Virus record (IMG/VR): IMGVR_UViG_3300036985_003045
From: a virus
Taxonomy: Duplodnaviria > Caudoviricetes
DNA length: 64,000 nucleotides
Reading direction: 5' to 3' (one strand)
The notes under the pieces are model-generated. The model saw only the letters and a program-made list of their open reading frames with translations. It did not search any database and was not told where the DNA came from. The position numbers were made by a program, and so were the translations under genes. Positions within the stretch are counted from its first letter, which is position 1. Each line of letters starts with the position of its first letter. This document shows positions 19,570-29,068 of the stretch, piece after piece.

Positions 19570-22500
19570 TTAATTTCCTTTGTTTATAAGTTCTTTCAGT
19601 TCATCAATTTGTACTTGTTGTTCTTTGATTGCTTCAATAAGAAGACCAACCATATTTCCATAAGCAACAGAATAATTAGTGTCTTCTGAACCGATTACAG
19701 CTTCTGGTAATACTTCTAGAACTTCTTGTGCGATAACACCTGTTTGTCTATCGCATTCCATATCTGTTCTGTCAAATGTATAACCATTAAGTTTCTTTAC
19801 TTTTTCTAGTGCATTATCAATTTTTAGTATATTAGTTTTATGTCTTTTATCTGAAAATGCAGTTATATTGCCACTAGCAACAACTGTTCCTTGTGCAGTT
19901 ACTGTAAATATAGCACCACCTCCACCATTACCTATTACAAGGGTATTTGATGCCCCTGTGGTGCCGTTATCCCAATTTAGATAAACTGCAGCCGTTGCAC
20001 CTGAATTAAAATGTAAGTTTGGTGTGTATCTAAATACACCATTCGGTGCTGCCCCTGTTAATTGAGATGCTGTTGTGGCAGTGGCAGCGTTGCCTGTGCA
20101 AGAAGCTGATGAACCTGTGACGCTTATGCCCCAAGAACCAGAAGCACTACCTCCAGTTAATGTAGGTGAGTATGAAGTATAATTTCCTGAGTCTAAAACA
20201 GTTCTCCAAGATTGCCAAGTGCCGCTATTTTTACCCCGAACGGCAATTTGACCTGTTCTGAAATCACCATTTATTTGATGTTGCCATGAAGCGTCGTGTG
20301 TTGAACAATAAACACCGCCATCTGTTTGCCCAAATAAAGAGTAACCTGTAGAATAACCTATTCCATTTGTGCCTTGTGTATCAACAGCAAAAGAAGATGA
20401 ACTGCTAGAGTTCTTAAATGCTATACCATCAATGTTATCTGCACTTGTAGCAGTAGCAGCATTACCATTATATTGCGATCCGTTACTGCTTATTTGGTAT
20501 GTTCCTCCATTTAGATAAATAGTGCCGTTGTTGTAGTAATTTAAATACATTACTTTACCAACACCACCATCAATATGTATATTACCATCTGTCGCTTGTA
20601 CGGTTGCGATATTAGCTACACCAGAACCAGCACCATTTCCACCAAGTTGTATTTTTGCTCCCCAAGTTGCATTGGGTTGAGTTAGGAAAGTAGCGTTTTG
20701 AGATGCTGTAGCAGTAGCAGCGTTGCCTGTACAAGAAGCTGAAGAACCTGTGACGTTACCTCCAGCAGTTATGTTTGTTCCTGAAATAGAGCCAGCAGAA
20801 GATATATTATTTCCTGCCATTGATAATGGAGAAAAGGTTGTTCCAGCAGTATCAATACTAGAAAATGCAATGCCTGTGCCTTCGTCAAATCGCATCATTT
20901 GACCAGTTAATGTAGTATTTACTCTAGGAAATGACCCACTACTATTGCTTCTGTTTCTTGCAATACCCCCAGCAGTCCAAGTTGCTGCTGGTTCTGAAGC
21001 CCATAAATATAAATAAGCATCTCCATTTGCGGCACCATTGTTACCTGCGGGTAGACCTACCTTTAGGTTTTGTCCATGTGTAAAATTGAATGAGCTATTT
21101 CCATAGCTTGTTACCGTACCACCTGATTGGTTTGTAGCTGTTGTAGCAGTCGCAGCGTTGCCTGTGCAAGATGCTGATGAACCAGTAGTATTTTGGTTAA
21201 GTGTTGGGAACGTGCAATTAGTCAGTGTTCCTGAAGATGGAGTACCTAATGCTCCACCTGTAGAATATTTACCATTAAAAGTATTCCAATCAGTTGAAGT
21301 TAAATATCCAGAAGCAGAAGTAGTTGCGGCAGGAATACCTATAGAAACTGCGCCAGAACCGTTATATGAAGTACCAGTTAAAGGAGCGCTAATAGTTAAA
21401 GCATTAAGATTAGATCCTAATGATATACCTGAAATTGTACTAGCAGCAAGTTTAGAAACTGCTATTGCTGCTGAAATACTAATATCTCCATTAACAATGG
21501 TACCTTCAGCAATCATTGTACTAGTTACAGTACCTGTATCTCCTGTAGTAATTATAGTTCCACTTACATCTGGAACTGATAATGTTCTAGTAGTTGCTGT
21601 AGTTATACTTGATAATTGAAACTGTAATTTTTTAGTACCATCTGTTTCATCAATGAAATATGTTGTGCTATCAGATAATGATTTATTTGTAAGAGTCTGT
21701 GCAGTGGTTTTATCAACTGTTGTTGCAGTGTCTATTGCAATTGTTACGCCGGCAGAACCATTATAGGTGGTACCTGATAATCCAGTGCCAATAGTTAATG
21801 CATTTAAATTTGAACCAAGAGATATACCTGAAATTGTGCTTGAAACTAACTTTGTAATTGCAATCGAACCTGCTAACATTGTATTAGTAACAGAACTTGT
21901 ATCACCTGTTGTTACAATTGTTCCAGTAACTGCCGGTATTGTAAGAATTGTTCCAGTACCAACTGCGGCAGTAGGAACTAATTGAACTGTACCAGAAGTA
22001 GATCCAGGAAGAGTTACACTGGATATACCTGTTAATGCAAGATTAGCACTTGCTCTATTTAAGGTGACTGAAGTTGTACCAATATAATTGGTAGAATTAC
22101 CTAATACTGTATTTGAAATAGTGCCTGTTAAATTTCCAGCAGTAGTATAGTATGATCCATGTTGCCCATCTAAATAATCTGAATTTAAATTAGATACAAG
22201 AGTAGTAGAAGTAACTGTTAATGGTGCAGTTCCAGTAGCAATTGTAGAAGTTAATGAACCAACTTTTAATGGAGCATATGTTACACTTGTAAAATCAAGA
22301 GTAGATCCTGTGGGTTCCCCAACCATTCCACTGAAAAGTTTCCAAATACCATTATCAGAAGCATCTCTAACTAATCCAGTATGTAAATGAGTTCCTGTAT
22401 TATAAGCTCCAACTATACCTAAATCAGTAATATCTGCAACATTATTATCACCAATGTAAATTAATGGATCATTAATAACTAATTCTGTTGCTGATAACTG

Positions 22501-23109
22501 AGTAGATCCACCACCAAAAGTAATACTACCAGTAACATATAAATTGTTTTCTATTGTAGTAGTACCTGTATGGGCAGTACTACCGATAGAAATAGCAGTT
22601 GCTGCTCCACCAATATTAATAGTTGTGGCAGTAGTGTTTAATAAATTAAAAGTGGTACTACCTGTGGTTAAACTGGTTGTAACTGCCGGAGAGGTAAGGG
22701 TTTTATTAGTAAGAGTCTGAATACCAGTAAGAGTTGCAACAGTAGAATCTATCGCAATAGTAACTGCAGAAGAACCATTATAGGAAGTACCTGATAAACC
22801 AGTACTAATAGTTAAGGCATTTGGATTTGATGCAGTAATTGTTGCAGATCCACCTAAACTAATAGATGATCCATTTACAGTAATTGAACTATTTGTTAAT
22901 TTGGCATTAGCAATCGAACCTGCTAACATTGTATTAGTAACAGAACCTGTATCACCAGTTGTTACTGCGGTTCCAGTTACAGCAGGCAGTGTTAAAGTAT
23001 TTGATCCTGCAGTAGCAGTTGCTAAAACAGTAATAGTACCAGATGTTGATCCAGTTAATTTAAGATTAGGTGTAATTGCCCCATTCTTTACTACAAACTC
23101 GTTTGCCAT
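19570..23109 (-). CDS. Tail fibre protein with C-terminal peptidase S74 intramolecular chaperone
   Basis: T/G/S-rich repeats; C-terminal SDKRHKTNI..IDNALEKV..LNGYTF...GVIAQEV..VLPEAV...VAYGNMVGLLIEAIKE. Confidence 0.88.
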   Translation of the reverse strand: MANEFVVKNGAITPNLKLTGSTSGTITVLATATAGSNTLTLPAVTGTAVTTGDTGSVTNTMLAGSIANAKLTNSSITVNGSSISLGGSATITASNPNALTISTGLSGTSYNGSSAVTIAIDSTVATLTGIQTLTNKTLTSPAVTTSLTTGSTTFNLLNTTATTINIGGAATAISIGSTAHTGTTTIENNLYVTGSITFGGGSTQLSATELVINDPLIYIGDNNVADITDLGIVGAYNTGTHLHTGLVRDASDNGIWKLFSGMVGEPTGSTLDFTSVTYAPLKVGSLTSTIATGTAPLTVTSTTLVSNLNSDYLDGQHGSYYTTAGNLTGTISNTVLGNSTNYIGTTSVTLNRASANLALTGISSVTLPGSTSGTVQLVPTAAVGTGTILTIPAVTGTIVTTGDTSSVTNTMLAGSIAITKLVSSTISGISLGSNLNALTIGTGLSGTTYNGSAGVTIAIDTATTVDKTTAQTLTNKSLSDSTTYFIDETDGTKKLQFQLSSITTATTRTLSVPDVSGTIITTGDTGTVTSTMIAEGTIVNGDISISAAIAVSKLAASTISGISLGSNLNALTISAPLTGTSYNGSGAVSIGIPAATTSASGYLTSTDWNTFNGKYSTGGALGTPSSGTLTNCTFPTLNQNTTGSSASCTGNAATATTATNQSGGTVTSYGNSSFNFTHGQNLKVGLPAGNNGAANGDAYLYLWASEPAATWTAGGIARNRSNSSGSFPRVNTTLTGQMMRFDEGTGIAFSSIDTAGTTFSPLSMAGNNISSAGSISGTNITAGGNVTGSSASCTGNAATATASQNATFLTQPNATWGAKIQLGGNGAGSGVANIATVQATDGNIHIDGGVGKVMYLNYYNNGTIYLNGGTYQISSNGSQYNGNAATATSADNIDGIAFKNSSSSSSFAVDTQGTNGIGYSTGYSLFGQTDGGVYCSTHDASWQHQINGDFRTGQIAVRGKNSGTWQSWRTVLDSGNYTSYSPTLTGGSASGSWGISVTGSSASCTGNAATATTASQLTGAAPNGVFRYTPNLHFNSGATAAVYLNWDNGTTGASNTLVIGNGGGGAIFTVTAQGTVVASGNITAFSDKRHKTNILKIDNALEKVKKLNGYTFDRTDMECDRQTGVIAQEVLEVLPEAVIGSEDTNYSVAYGNMVGLLIEAIKEQQVQIDELKELINKGN

Positions 23110-24542
23110 CTCATTTCCCTATCCACGAGATTAAAATTATACAACTATTGTTGTTCTTGATATATTTATAGTTGCTGAAGTTACTGATCCCATTGTTACT
23201 AGTAATCTAACATTACCTGTATTAATATCTGTAGCAAATGTTCCAAGTGAACCATTAGTATTCATCATACCGTATTCAGTCATAGTAGTAGTTGTGCCAT
23301 TATGAATAACAAGGATTTCTGAAACTTGATAATTTGTTCCTTGTGTTATTTGTACAATGTATTTTGCAGTTCTATAAGTAGCAATAGCAAATGTATCTAC
23401 TGCAGTTTGAGATATCGTTGCAACTGTTGTTTGGATTACATTTTCATTTGCAATTGTTGTAGAACCAGTTTTCTTATCAAATGCATTTAATGATTTATTT
23501 GATAATGTTTGAGCCCCAGTTAAAGTAACAACAGTAGAATCTATGGCAATAGTTACTGCAGAAGAACCATTATAGGAAGTACCTGATAAACCAGATCCGA
23601 TAGTTAATGTATTAAGATTAGATCCAAGTGTAATACCAGAAATAGTACTAGCAGCAAGTTTAGAAACTGCTATTGCTGCTGAAGCATTGATGTCTGTATT
23701 AACTATAGTACCATCTAAAATCATAGTAGATGTTACAGAACCTGTATCTCCACTTGTTATTATAGTACCAGTAACTGCAGGTATTGTAAGAACTGTTCCA
23801 GTACCAACTGCGGCAGTAGGTATTAATTGGACTGTCCCTGAAGTGCTCCCAGGTAATGTAACTGAACTTATACCAGTTAATGCAAGGTTAGCAGTTGTTC
23901 TATTAATATCAACTGATGTAGTACCAATAAACATTGTTTGAGAAGGAGAGGCATAATCAGTACCTGCAGTAGCAGCACTTATTGCTGTTCCATTTCCTTT
24001 CAATATTCCAGTAATAGAAGTTGTTAAGGTAATAGCAGGAGTAGAAGTACTTGTTGCTACTGTACCGGCAAAACCATTAGCAGATACAACAGAAACAGAA
24101 GTTACACTACCTGTACCACCCAATAAATTTGTACCAACACTACCGAGACTTGCAGTTAAATCGATATAAACACCACGATTAGTTCCACCATCTTCCCAAA
24201 TACGCAACTTGTTTTGATAGATGTCTATTCTCACCCCTGTCCCGCCAATGGTGCTATTGGTTTGAGGTTTTGACAATAGAATTTCACCTCCCTCATCGCC
24301 ACTAGAATATGAGCTAACAAGATTTCCTGTAGAAGTTACAGAAGAACCAGTAATAGCAGCAGGGGTAGTTCCACCAATAATACAGTTGTTTAATGTACCT
24401 CCTGAAATGGTACTTGTATTAATTGTAGGGGAGGTAAGGGTTTTATTAGTAAGAGTTTGAGAACCTGTTAATGTAGCAACAGTAGAATCTATTGCAATAG
24501 TTACTGCAGAAGAACCATTATAGGAAGTACCTGATAAACCAG
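22763..24542. repeat. 40-bp identical repeat in three copies shared by two fibre genes (22763-22802, 23555-23594, 24503-24542)
   Basis: actgcagaagaaccattataggaagtacctgataaaccag; encodes part of GLSGTSYNGSSAV. Confidence 0.9.
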
Positions 24543-24717
24543 TACCGATAGTTAACGCAGATGAAGTTACATTTAAAGATTTAATTACATTGGATGCATT
24601 TTTAAAATACAGTTTTTCATCTGTATAATTTAATGCTAATTCACCGTAAGCTAAATCAGTAGTTAATGGGACTTTAGAAGCAACAGAAGACTTCTTTAAT
24701 AGAACTGTATTTGCCAT
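23137..24717 (-). CDS. Tail fibre-like structural protein
   Basis: N-terminal LKKS...P...LAYGELALN (Mtd_N-like); shares repeats with the neighbouring fibre; C-terminal YRTAKYIVQ...EILVIHNG..TEYG domain. Confidence 0.78.
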   Translation of the reverse strand: MANTVLLKKSSVASKVPLTTDLAYGELALNYTDEKLYFKNASNVIKSLNVTSSALTIGTGLSGTSYNGSSAVTIAIDSTVATLTGSQTLTNKTLTSPTINTSTISGGTLNNCIIGGTTPAAITGSSVTSTGNLVSSYSSGDEGGEILLSKPQTNSTIGGTGVRIDIYQNKLRIWEDGGTNRGVYIDLTASLGSVGTNLLGGTGSVTSVSVVSANGFAGTVATSTSTPAITLTTSITGILKGNGTAISAATAGTDYASPSQTMFIGTTSVDINRTTANLALTGISSVTLPGSTSGTVQLIPTAAVGTGTVLTIPAVTGTIITSGDTGSVTSTMILDGTIVNTDINASAAIAVSKLAASTISGITLGSNLNTLTIGSGLSGTSYNGSSAVTIAIDSTVVTLTGAQTLSNKSLNAFDKKTGSTTIANENVIQTTVATISQTAVDTFAIATYRTAKYIVQITQGTNYQVSEILVIHNGTTTTMTEYGMMNTNGSLGTFATDINTGNVRLLVTMGSVTSATINISRTTIVV

Positions 24718-24740
24718 TGTGATTCCTAAAAAGGATTAAT

Positions 24741-24766
24741 AAAAAGGGGGAGTAATAACTCCCCTG
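24741..24766 (-). terminator. Rho-independent terminator between fibre genes
   Basis: Minus strand GGGGAGT-TATT-ACTCCCCC-TTTTT. Confidence 0.85.
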
Positions 24767-24776
24767 AATAATATTA

Positions 24777-27356
24777 TTAGTATGTACCGCCGTCGATATT
24801 AAATCCGTCTAAAGTAGATGTACCATTACCTGCTCCGGTAATATTAGTGCCAACATATATTGCTTTAGCAACTGATAAACCTCCACTTAATACAACTGGA
24901 GCAGTTCCAAGCGCAGAAGCGTCGGTAACAGAAGTAAATGTTACATTACCAGAAGCAGCAACAGTGGTACCACTAAAAGATGAAGTAGTAATTGTTTTAT
25001 TGCTTAATGCCTCAGAACCTGCAAGAGTTGATAAAGTTCCAGTTGTAGGTAATGTAACAGAAGTTATAGCAGTTGCTGCAAGAGTAATAGCAAAAGCGCC
25101 ACTAGTACTAAATGCACCAGCAGTAGAAATATTTCCACCTAGAGTAATTGTACTTGAATTAGCTACGCCAGTTCCACCTTTAGCAGAAGCTATTACTGTT
25201 CCTGACCAAACACCTGTTGTAATAGTACCTAATGTAGTAATAGAAGATTGACCTACATAAGTAGAAGCAATATCTATACTATCAGCATTAATAGTAATTC
25301 TACTTGCAGTACCAACTATATCAAGAACACCGGAAGTTAATGTTAAACCACCTCCAGCAACAGATGATTTTAATTGTAAATAATCAGCAGCAACTTCTAT
25401 GCCGCCAGTAGCAGAAGCTTGTACAAAGAATGTTGTACCAGTTTGACCTAAACCATCACCGGCAGTATATGCACCAGCACCAGAGAATTGTACCCAAGAT
25501 TGACTACTAAAACTTATTAAATAAGAATTTGATTGTACCCAACCTGTTTTAGCATATAGTGTACCTTCTTGAATGAATATAGATGCACCTAATAACTCAC
25601 TATATACATCAGCATCAGCAGATCTTGTTAACGTATAGTTAGCACCACTTTCAATATAATCGTAAATACCATTATCGGATGTTGTGATTTGTCCTAGTAG
25701 TAATAATCTATAAGTACTTTCTAATGCGCCATGACCATCAATATTCAACGCAGTCATAGAAGCAATTGTACCAGTCAATGGTACATTTCCAATTGCTAAT
25801 AAGTGTGCTGCTTGTTTCCAAGTTAAACCTGTTATTTTATTATCAACATAATCTCTTGTTACAGCGTCATTTCCAGTAGTTGGAGTTGCAAGATTTGTAA
25901 TTCTTGCTCCATTAACATCAACAGTACCTGTACCATTTGGATCTAATGAAATATTACCATTAGTATCAGTAGATGATATAGTATTACCATTAATATTAAT
26001 ATTATCAATAGCTAATTCAGTTAATCCAACAAGAGTTGTAGAGGTAGCACCTAAAGCAACAGAAGTAGAACCAAAGGTAACTGACGTATTAACAAGTGCA
26101 CTATTACCAATATTGGTAAATGTATTGGTAGACCCACTAATTGATTTATTTGTTAATGTATCTGTTGTTGCTTTACCAACTAATGTATCTGTAGCAGCAG
26201 GTAATGTTAATATACCTGAAGCAGCACCATTTGTTGTTAAAGTAGTTTGCCCACTAACACTACCATTAAAATTAATACCACCTGAAATACTAGGTGTAGT
26301 TGCTAATACAACTGTTGAACCAGTACCAGTATATGCAGTAATTGCATTACTATTAATACTAAAACTATTGCCTGTACCGGCAGTATTAAAGGTTTTATTT
26401 GTAAATGTATCGGTTGTTGCTTTACCAACTAATGTATCTGTAGCAGCAGGTAGAGTTAATGAATTAGAACCTGCAGTTGCAGTAGCTAAAACAGTAATAG
26501 TACCTGAAGATGAACCATTAAACTTTGCACCGGTAGCACCAATTGTTGGTAGTGTTAGTGTTTTATTTTGTAGTGTTTGAGTATCTGCTAAAGTAACAAC
26601 AGTAGTATCAATATCAAATGTAACAGTATTATTTGTTATTGTAGAAGTAAGGCCATTACCTCCTAAAAATATCAATGTATCTGATAATAAAGCAACTGCA
26701 TCTGTTCCAGTATCACCGGAAATATTTAAATTAGATGCTACAGATGCCGTAGTTACAGTTGTAAGTTGTCCTTGAGCATTAACGGTAATTACAGGAATTG
26801 CCGTGGCAGACCCATATGTATTAGCACTTACAGTAGTATTTGTAATAGAAATTGTAGTTGTATTACCACCATCGCTATTTGCAACTGTAATACCTGTACC
26901 GGCAGTAACTGCTCCGCCTACAGTATCGTAAATATATTCTGATAATGGAGTTGCATTATCACCAATATATGGATTAGTGATAATGGTTTTACCAGTACCA
27001 TTAGGTGTAAGAACAATATTACCATTAGTATCTGTAGAACTAATGGTATTTGTAGAACCTGTAAGGGTAATATTACCTACATTAATATTATTGATTTTAC
27101 TATTAGAATCAATAACTATAGCAGATGATGCAGTAAGAGTTCCAGGAGATTGATCCAGCATGTCGGTAAAATATTTACCGCCTATAACATAATGGTTTGT
27201 AGCATTTCCTGCTGTTTCTGTACCTATACCAATATAAAGTCTATCGCCGCCATTACTGCCATTATCGGTTAATGCTGAATACGCCATTTCGCCTGCGGCA
27301 AGAGCACTTGGATTCCCGCTGACTGTACTTCTTTTAATTCTTATGGTTGATGCCAT
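24777..27356 (-). CDS. Tail fibre-like structural protein (859 aa)
   Basis: N-terminal IRIKRS...P..LAAGEMAY (Mtd_N-like), T/G-rich repeats, C-terminal IDGGTY. Confidence 0.78.
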   Translation of the reverse strand: MASTIRIKRSTVSGNPSALAAGEMAYSALTDNGSNGGDRLYIGIGTETAGNATNHYVIGGKYFTDMLDQSPGTLTASSAIVIDSNSKINNINVGNITLTGSTNTISSTDTNGNIVLTPNGTGKTIITNPYIGDNATPLSEYIYDTVGGAVTAGTGITVANSDGGNTTTISITNTTVSANTYGSATAIPVITVNAQGQLTTVTTASVASNLNISGDTGTDAVALLSDTLIFLGGNGLTSTITNNTVTFDIDTTVVTLADTQTLQNKTLTLPTIGATGAKFNGSSSGTITVLATATAGSNSLTLPAATDTLVGKATTDTFTNKTFNTAGTGNSFSINSNAITAYTGTGSTVVLATTPSISGGINFNGSVSGQTTLTTNGAASGILTLPAATDTLVGKATTDTLTNKSISGSTNTFTNIGNSALVNTSVTFGSTSVALGATSTTLVGLTELAIDNININGNTISSTDTNGNISLDPNGTGTVDVNGARITNLATPTTGNDAVTRDYVDNKITGLTWKQAAHLLAIGNVPLTGTIASMTALNIDGHGALESTYRLLLLGQITTSDNGIYDYIESGANYTLTRSADADVYSELLGASIFIQEGTLYAKTGWVQSNSYLISFSSQSWVQFSGAGAYTAGDGLGQTGTTFFVQASATGGIEVAADYLQLKSSVAGGGLTLTSGVLDIVGTASRITINADSIDIASTYVGQSSITTLGTITTGVWSGTVIASAKGGTGVANSSTITLGGNISTAGAFSTSGAFAITLAATAITSVTLPTTGTLSTLAGSEALSNKTITTSSFSGTTVAASGNVTFTSVTDASALGTAPVVLSGGLSVAKAIYVGTNITGAGNGTSTLDGFNIDGGTY

Positions 27357-27372
27357 TTTTTAGTTATCTCCG

Positions 27373-27615
27373 TTAAAATTCGCCAGCTTCCATATCTTGT
27401 AAATCAAGATGTATGGTGGATGTCCATTTATTTGTAATAGAATTAAACACAAGCACAGAACCGTTTTGTATAATCGAGGTATCTACATTACCTATATCAG
27501 ATATAGAACTAAGTATTGCAGGGTTTGCTAAATTACTAGAAACGTATGGTCCCGTATCATATCCAACCGATGCAGTTAAATAGTTTTGGTCTACTATTGC
27601 TATAATATCTGCCAT
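27373..27615 (-). CDS. Hypothetical virion-associated protein
   Basis: LSSISDIGNVDTS..QNGSVLVFNSITNKW fibre-type motif. Confidence 0.6.
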   Translation of the reverse strand: MADIIAIVDQNYLTASVGYDTGPYVSSNLANPAILSSISDIGNVDTSIIQNGSVLVFNSITNKWTSTIHLDLQDMEAGEF

Positions 27616-27616
27616 A

Positions 27617-27955
27617 TTATATTTGGGTTATTTGTGGTGTTATTGTAGCTATGCCTTCAACTACTCTTGTTTTTATTCCAGTACTTGTTTGTGTTATCTC
27701 AATATCATAAAGGTATCTACCAGGAGGTATTGCTCCGGATTCAGATGAAGTTAATTGGATACGAACTTTACCTGCAACAGCATCATAAATTGTAGTATTA
27801 AAGTTAAAGGCAACAGATGAATTATACGATTTACGCATCTGTGATTTTGCTGTAAAACCAGTCAAATTTAGCGGTATAGTATTTGATGCTGCTACAGTAA
27901 TTATGTTACTGTAATCAGCACCTGCATCTACAAATAGATTAGCAACCGTTGCCAT
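27617..27955 (-). CDS. Conserved T4-like structural protein (BppU-like Ig fold)
   Basis: ANLFVDAGAD, LNLTGFTAKSQMRKSY, GRYLYDIEI, RVVEGIATITP. Confidence 0.65.
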   Translation of the reverse strand: MATVANLFVDAGADYSNIITVAASNTIPLNLTGFTAKSQMRKSYNSSVAFNFNTTIYDAVAGKVRIQLTSSESGAIPPGRYLYDIEITQTSTGIKTRVVEGIATITPQITQI

Positions 27956-27976
27956 TTAAATCCTCTTTTTTATTTA

Positions 27977-28432
27977 TTAAGCAATACGAATTAAACCAGT
28001 AGTACTGTTATTTGTAGGCATTGTTAAAGTAAATGTACCTGATGTGATACTTTGTGGTGAGAATGTAAATACACCAACAGCATTTTTACCTGCTACAGTT
28101 GAGTTATATATCAACAATGTATCAAAACCAGTAATAGTTACTCCTGTCCAAGTCATTGAACCTGAAGGAGTCCAATAAGTTGTGCCTAAAGTATTTGCTG
28201 GAGCAGAAGCATTTGCAATTGATACTCCTCCTGCAGTATAAGTACCAGTAGCAGAAACTTCACCTGAAGTTGTATAAGCGCCTGATGCTGAAGATAATGT
28301 AGCGGTTGCTAAGTATAATGCACCATAAAATGTATCTGCTGCAGCTTTACCACCTGTAGCAATAGAAAATGCATGAACTCCGTTCATTAAGTCAGTTTTG
28401 AAAGTATTGCATAAACCTGCAGTATTTGCCAT
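27977..28432 (-). CDS. Hypothetical virion structural protein
   Basis: 151 aa, T/G/A-rich beta-type sequence in the fibre cluster. Confidence 0.6.
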   Translation of the reverse strand: MANTAGLCNTFKTDLMNGVHAFSIATGGKAAADTFYGALYLATATLSSASGAYTTSGEVSATGTYTAGGVSIANASAPANTLGTTYWTPSGSMTWTGVTITGFDTLLIYNSTVAGKNAVGVFTFSPQSITSGTFTLTMPTNNSTTGLIRIA

Positions 28433-28450
28433 TTTTGTATTTCCTTAAAT

Positions 28451-28696
28451 TTAAAAAGTTGATTGTTCTACGCCAAGTTGTCCAAATGGATTATTTGTGT
28501 AAGTGTGAGCATTTGATTTTACTAATTCTTCATCTAAAAACCATTTTTCACTAAATAAAATATATGCAGATTCTACAATCCATTCAGTTTTATATGTTAA
28601 TGCTGCTTCTGGTATATTACCCTTTGAAGTATATATTAATGGTGCATCAGTTGGATTTGCATTTGCAATCGCAGCAGAATAGTCTATTTCATTCAT
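28451..28696 (-). CDS. Hypothetical protein
   Basis: 81 aa, in operon after a late promoter. Confidence 0.55.
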   Translation of the reverse strand: MNEIDYSAAIANANPTDAPLIYTSKGNIPEAALTYKTEWIVESAYILFSEKWFLDEELVKSNAHTYTNNPFGQLGVEQSTF

Positions 28697-28723
28697 AGTA
28701 TGTTCTCAGTAATTATCATATAG

Positions 28724-28731
28724 TATTTATA
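28724..28731 (-). promoter_or_regulatory. Late promoter TATAAATA
   Basis: Exact consensus upstream of the 81-aa gene. Confidence 0.75.
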
Positions 28732-28735
28732 AGTT

Positions 28736-29068
28736 TTAAATATGTGGTTTTGGATACAAATCTTTTATTGCTTTAATATTTTCTTTCCAAACATCAAAAC
28801 CTTGGTTATAAAGAACATCCAATTGTTCTGCAATTGTCGGATAATTTTCTTTTCTTAACTTTTTATATTTATTAAATTCATATTCATCTTGCAATCTTTG
28901 AATTTCATCATCAACTTGTTTTTTAGTTGGCTTCTTTTGGGTAGTATCCGACCATTCTATATTTTCATATGTTTGGTCTCCAGTAATAGACCAAATTGCA
29001 CCTGGTCTTAGTATTTGAAGTACATGAGTAACATCAAATACTTCAATTAGATCGTGTTTGTATATCAT
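28736..29068 (-). CDS. Putative tail-fibre assembly/accessory protein
   Basis: LRPGAIW...W......PT......Y...R...YPTIAEQLDVLY pattern typical of genes following fibre genes. Confidence 0.6.
   Translation of the reverse strand: MIYKHDLIEVFDVTHVLQILRPGAIWSITGDQTYENIEWSDTTQKKPTKKQVDDEIQRLQDEYEFNKYKKLRKENYPTIAEQLDVLYNQGFDVWKENIKAIKDLYPKPHI

Noticed and set aside
23110-23139. In-frame read-through between the 526-aa and 1179-aa fibre genes (same frame, 27-nt gap)
   Set aside because: The gap contains two further in-frame stops (TAA, TAG) and its own SD
22763-24542. 40-bp repeats as a CRISPR array
   Set aside because: They lie in frame inside coding sequence, are irregularly spaced (~790 and ~950 bp) and have no spacer pattern or cas genes
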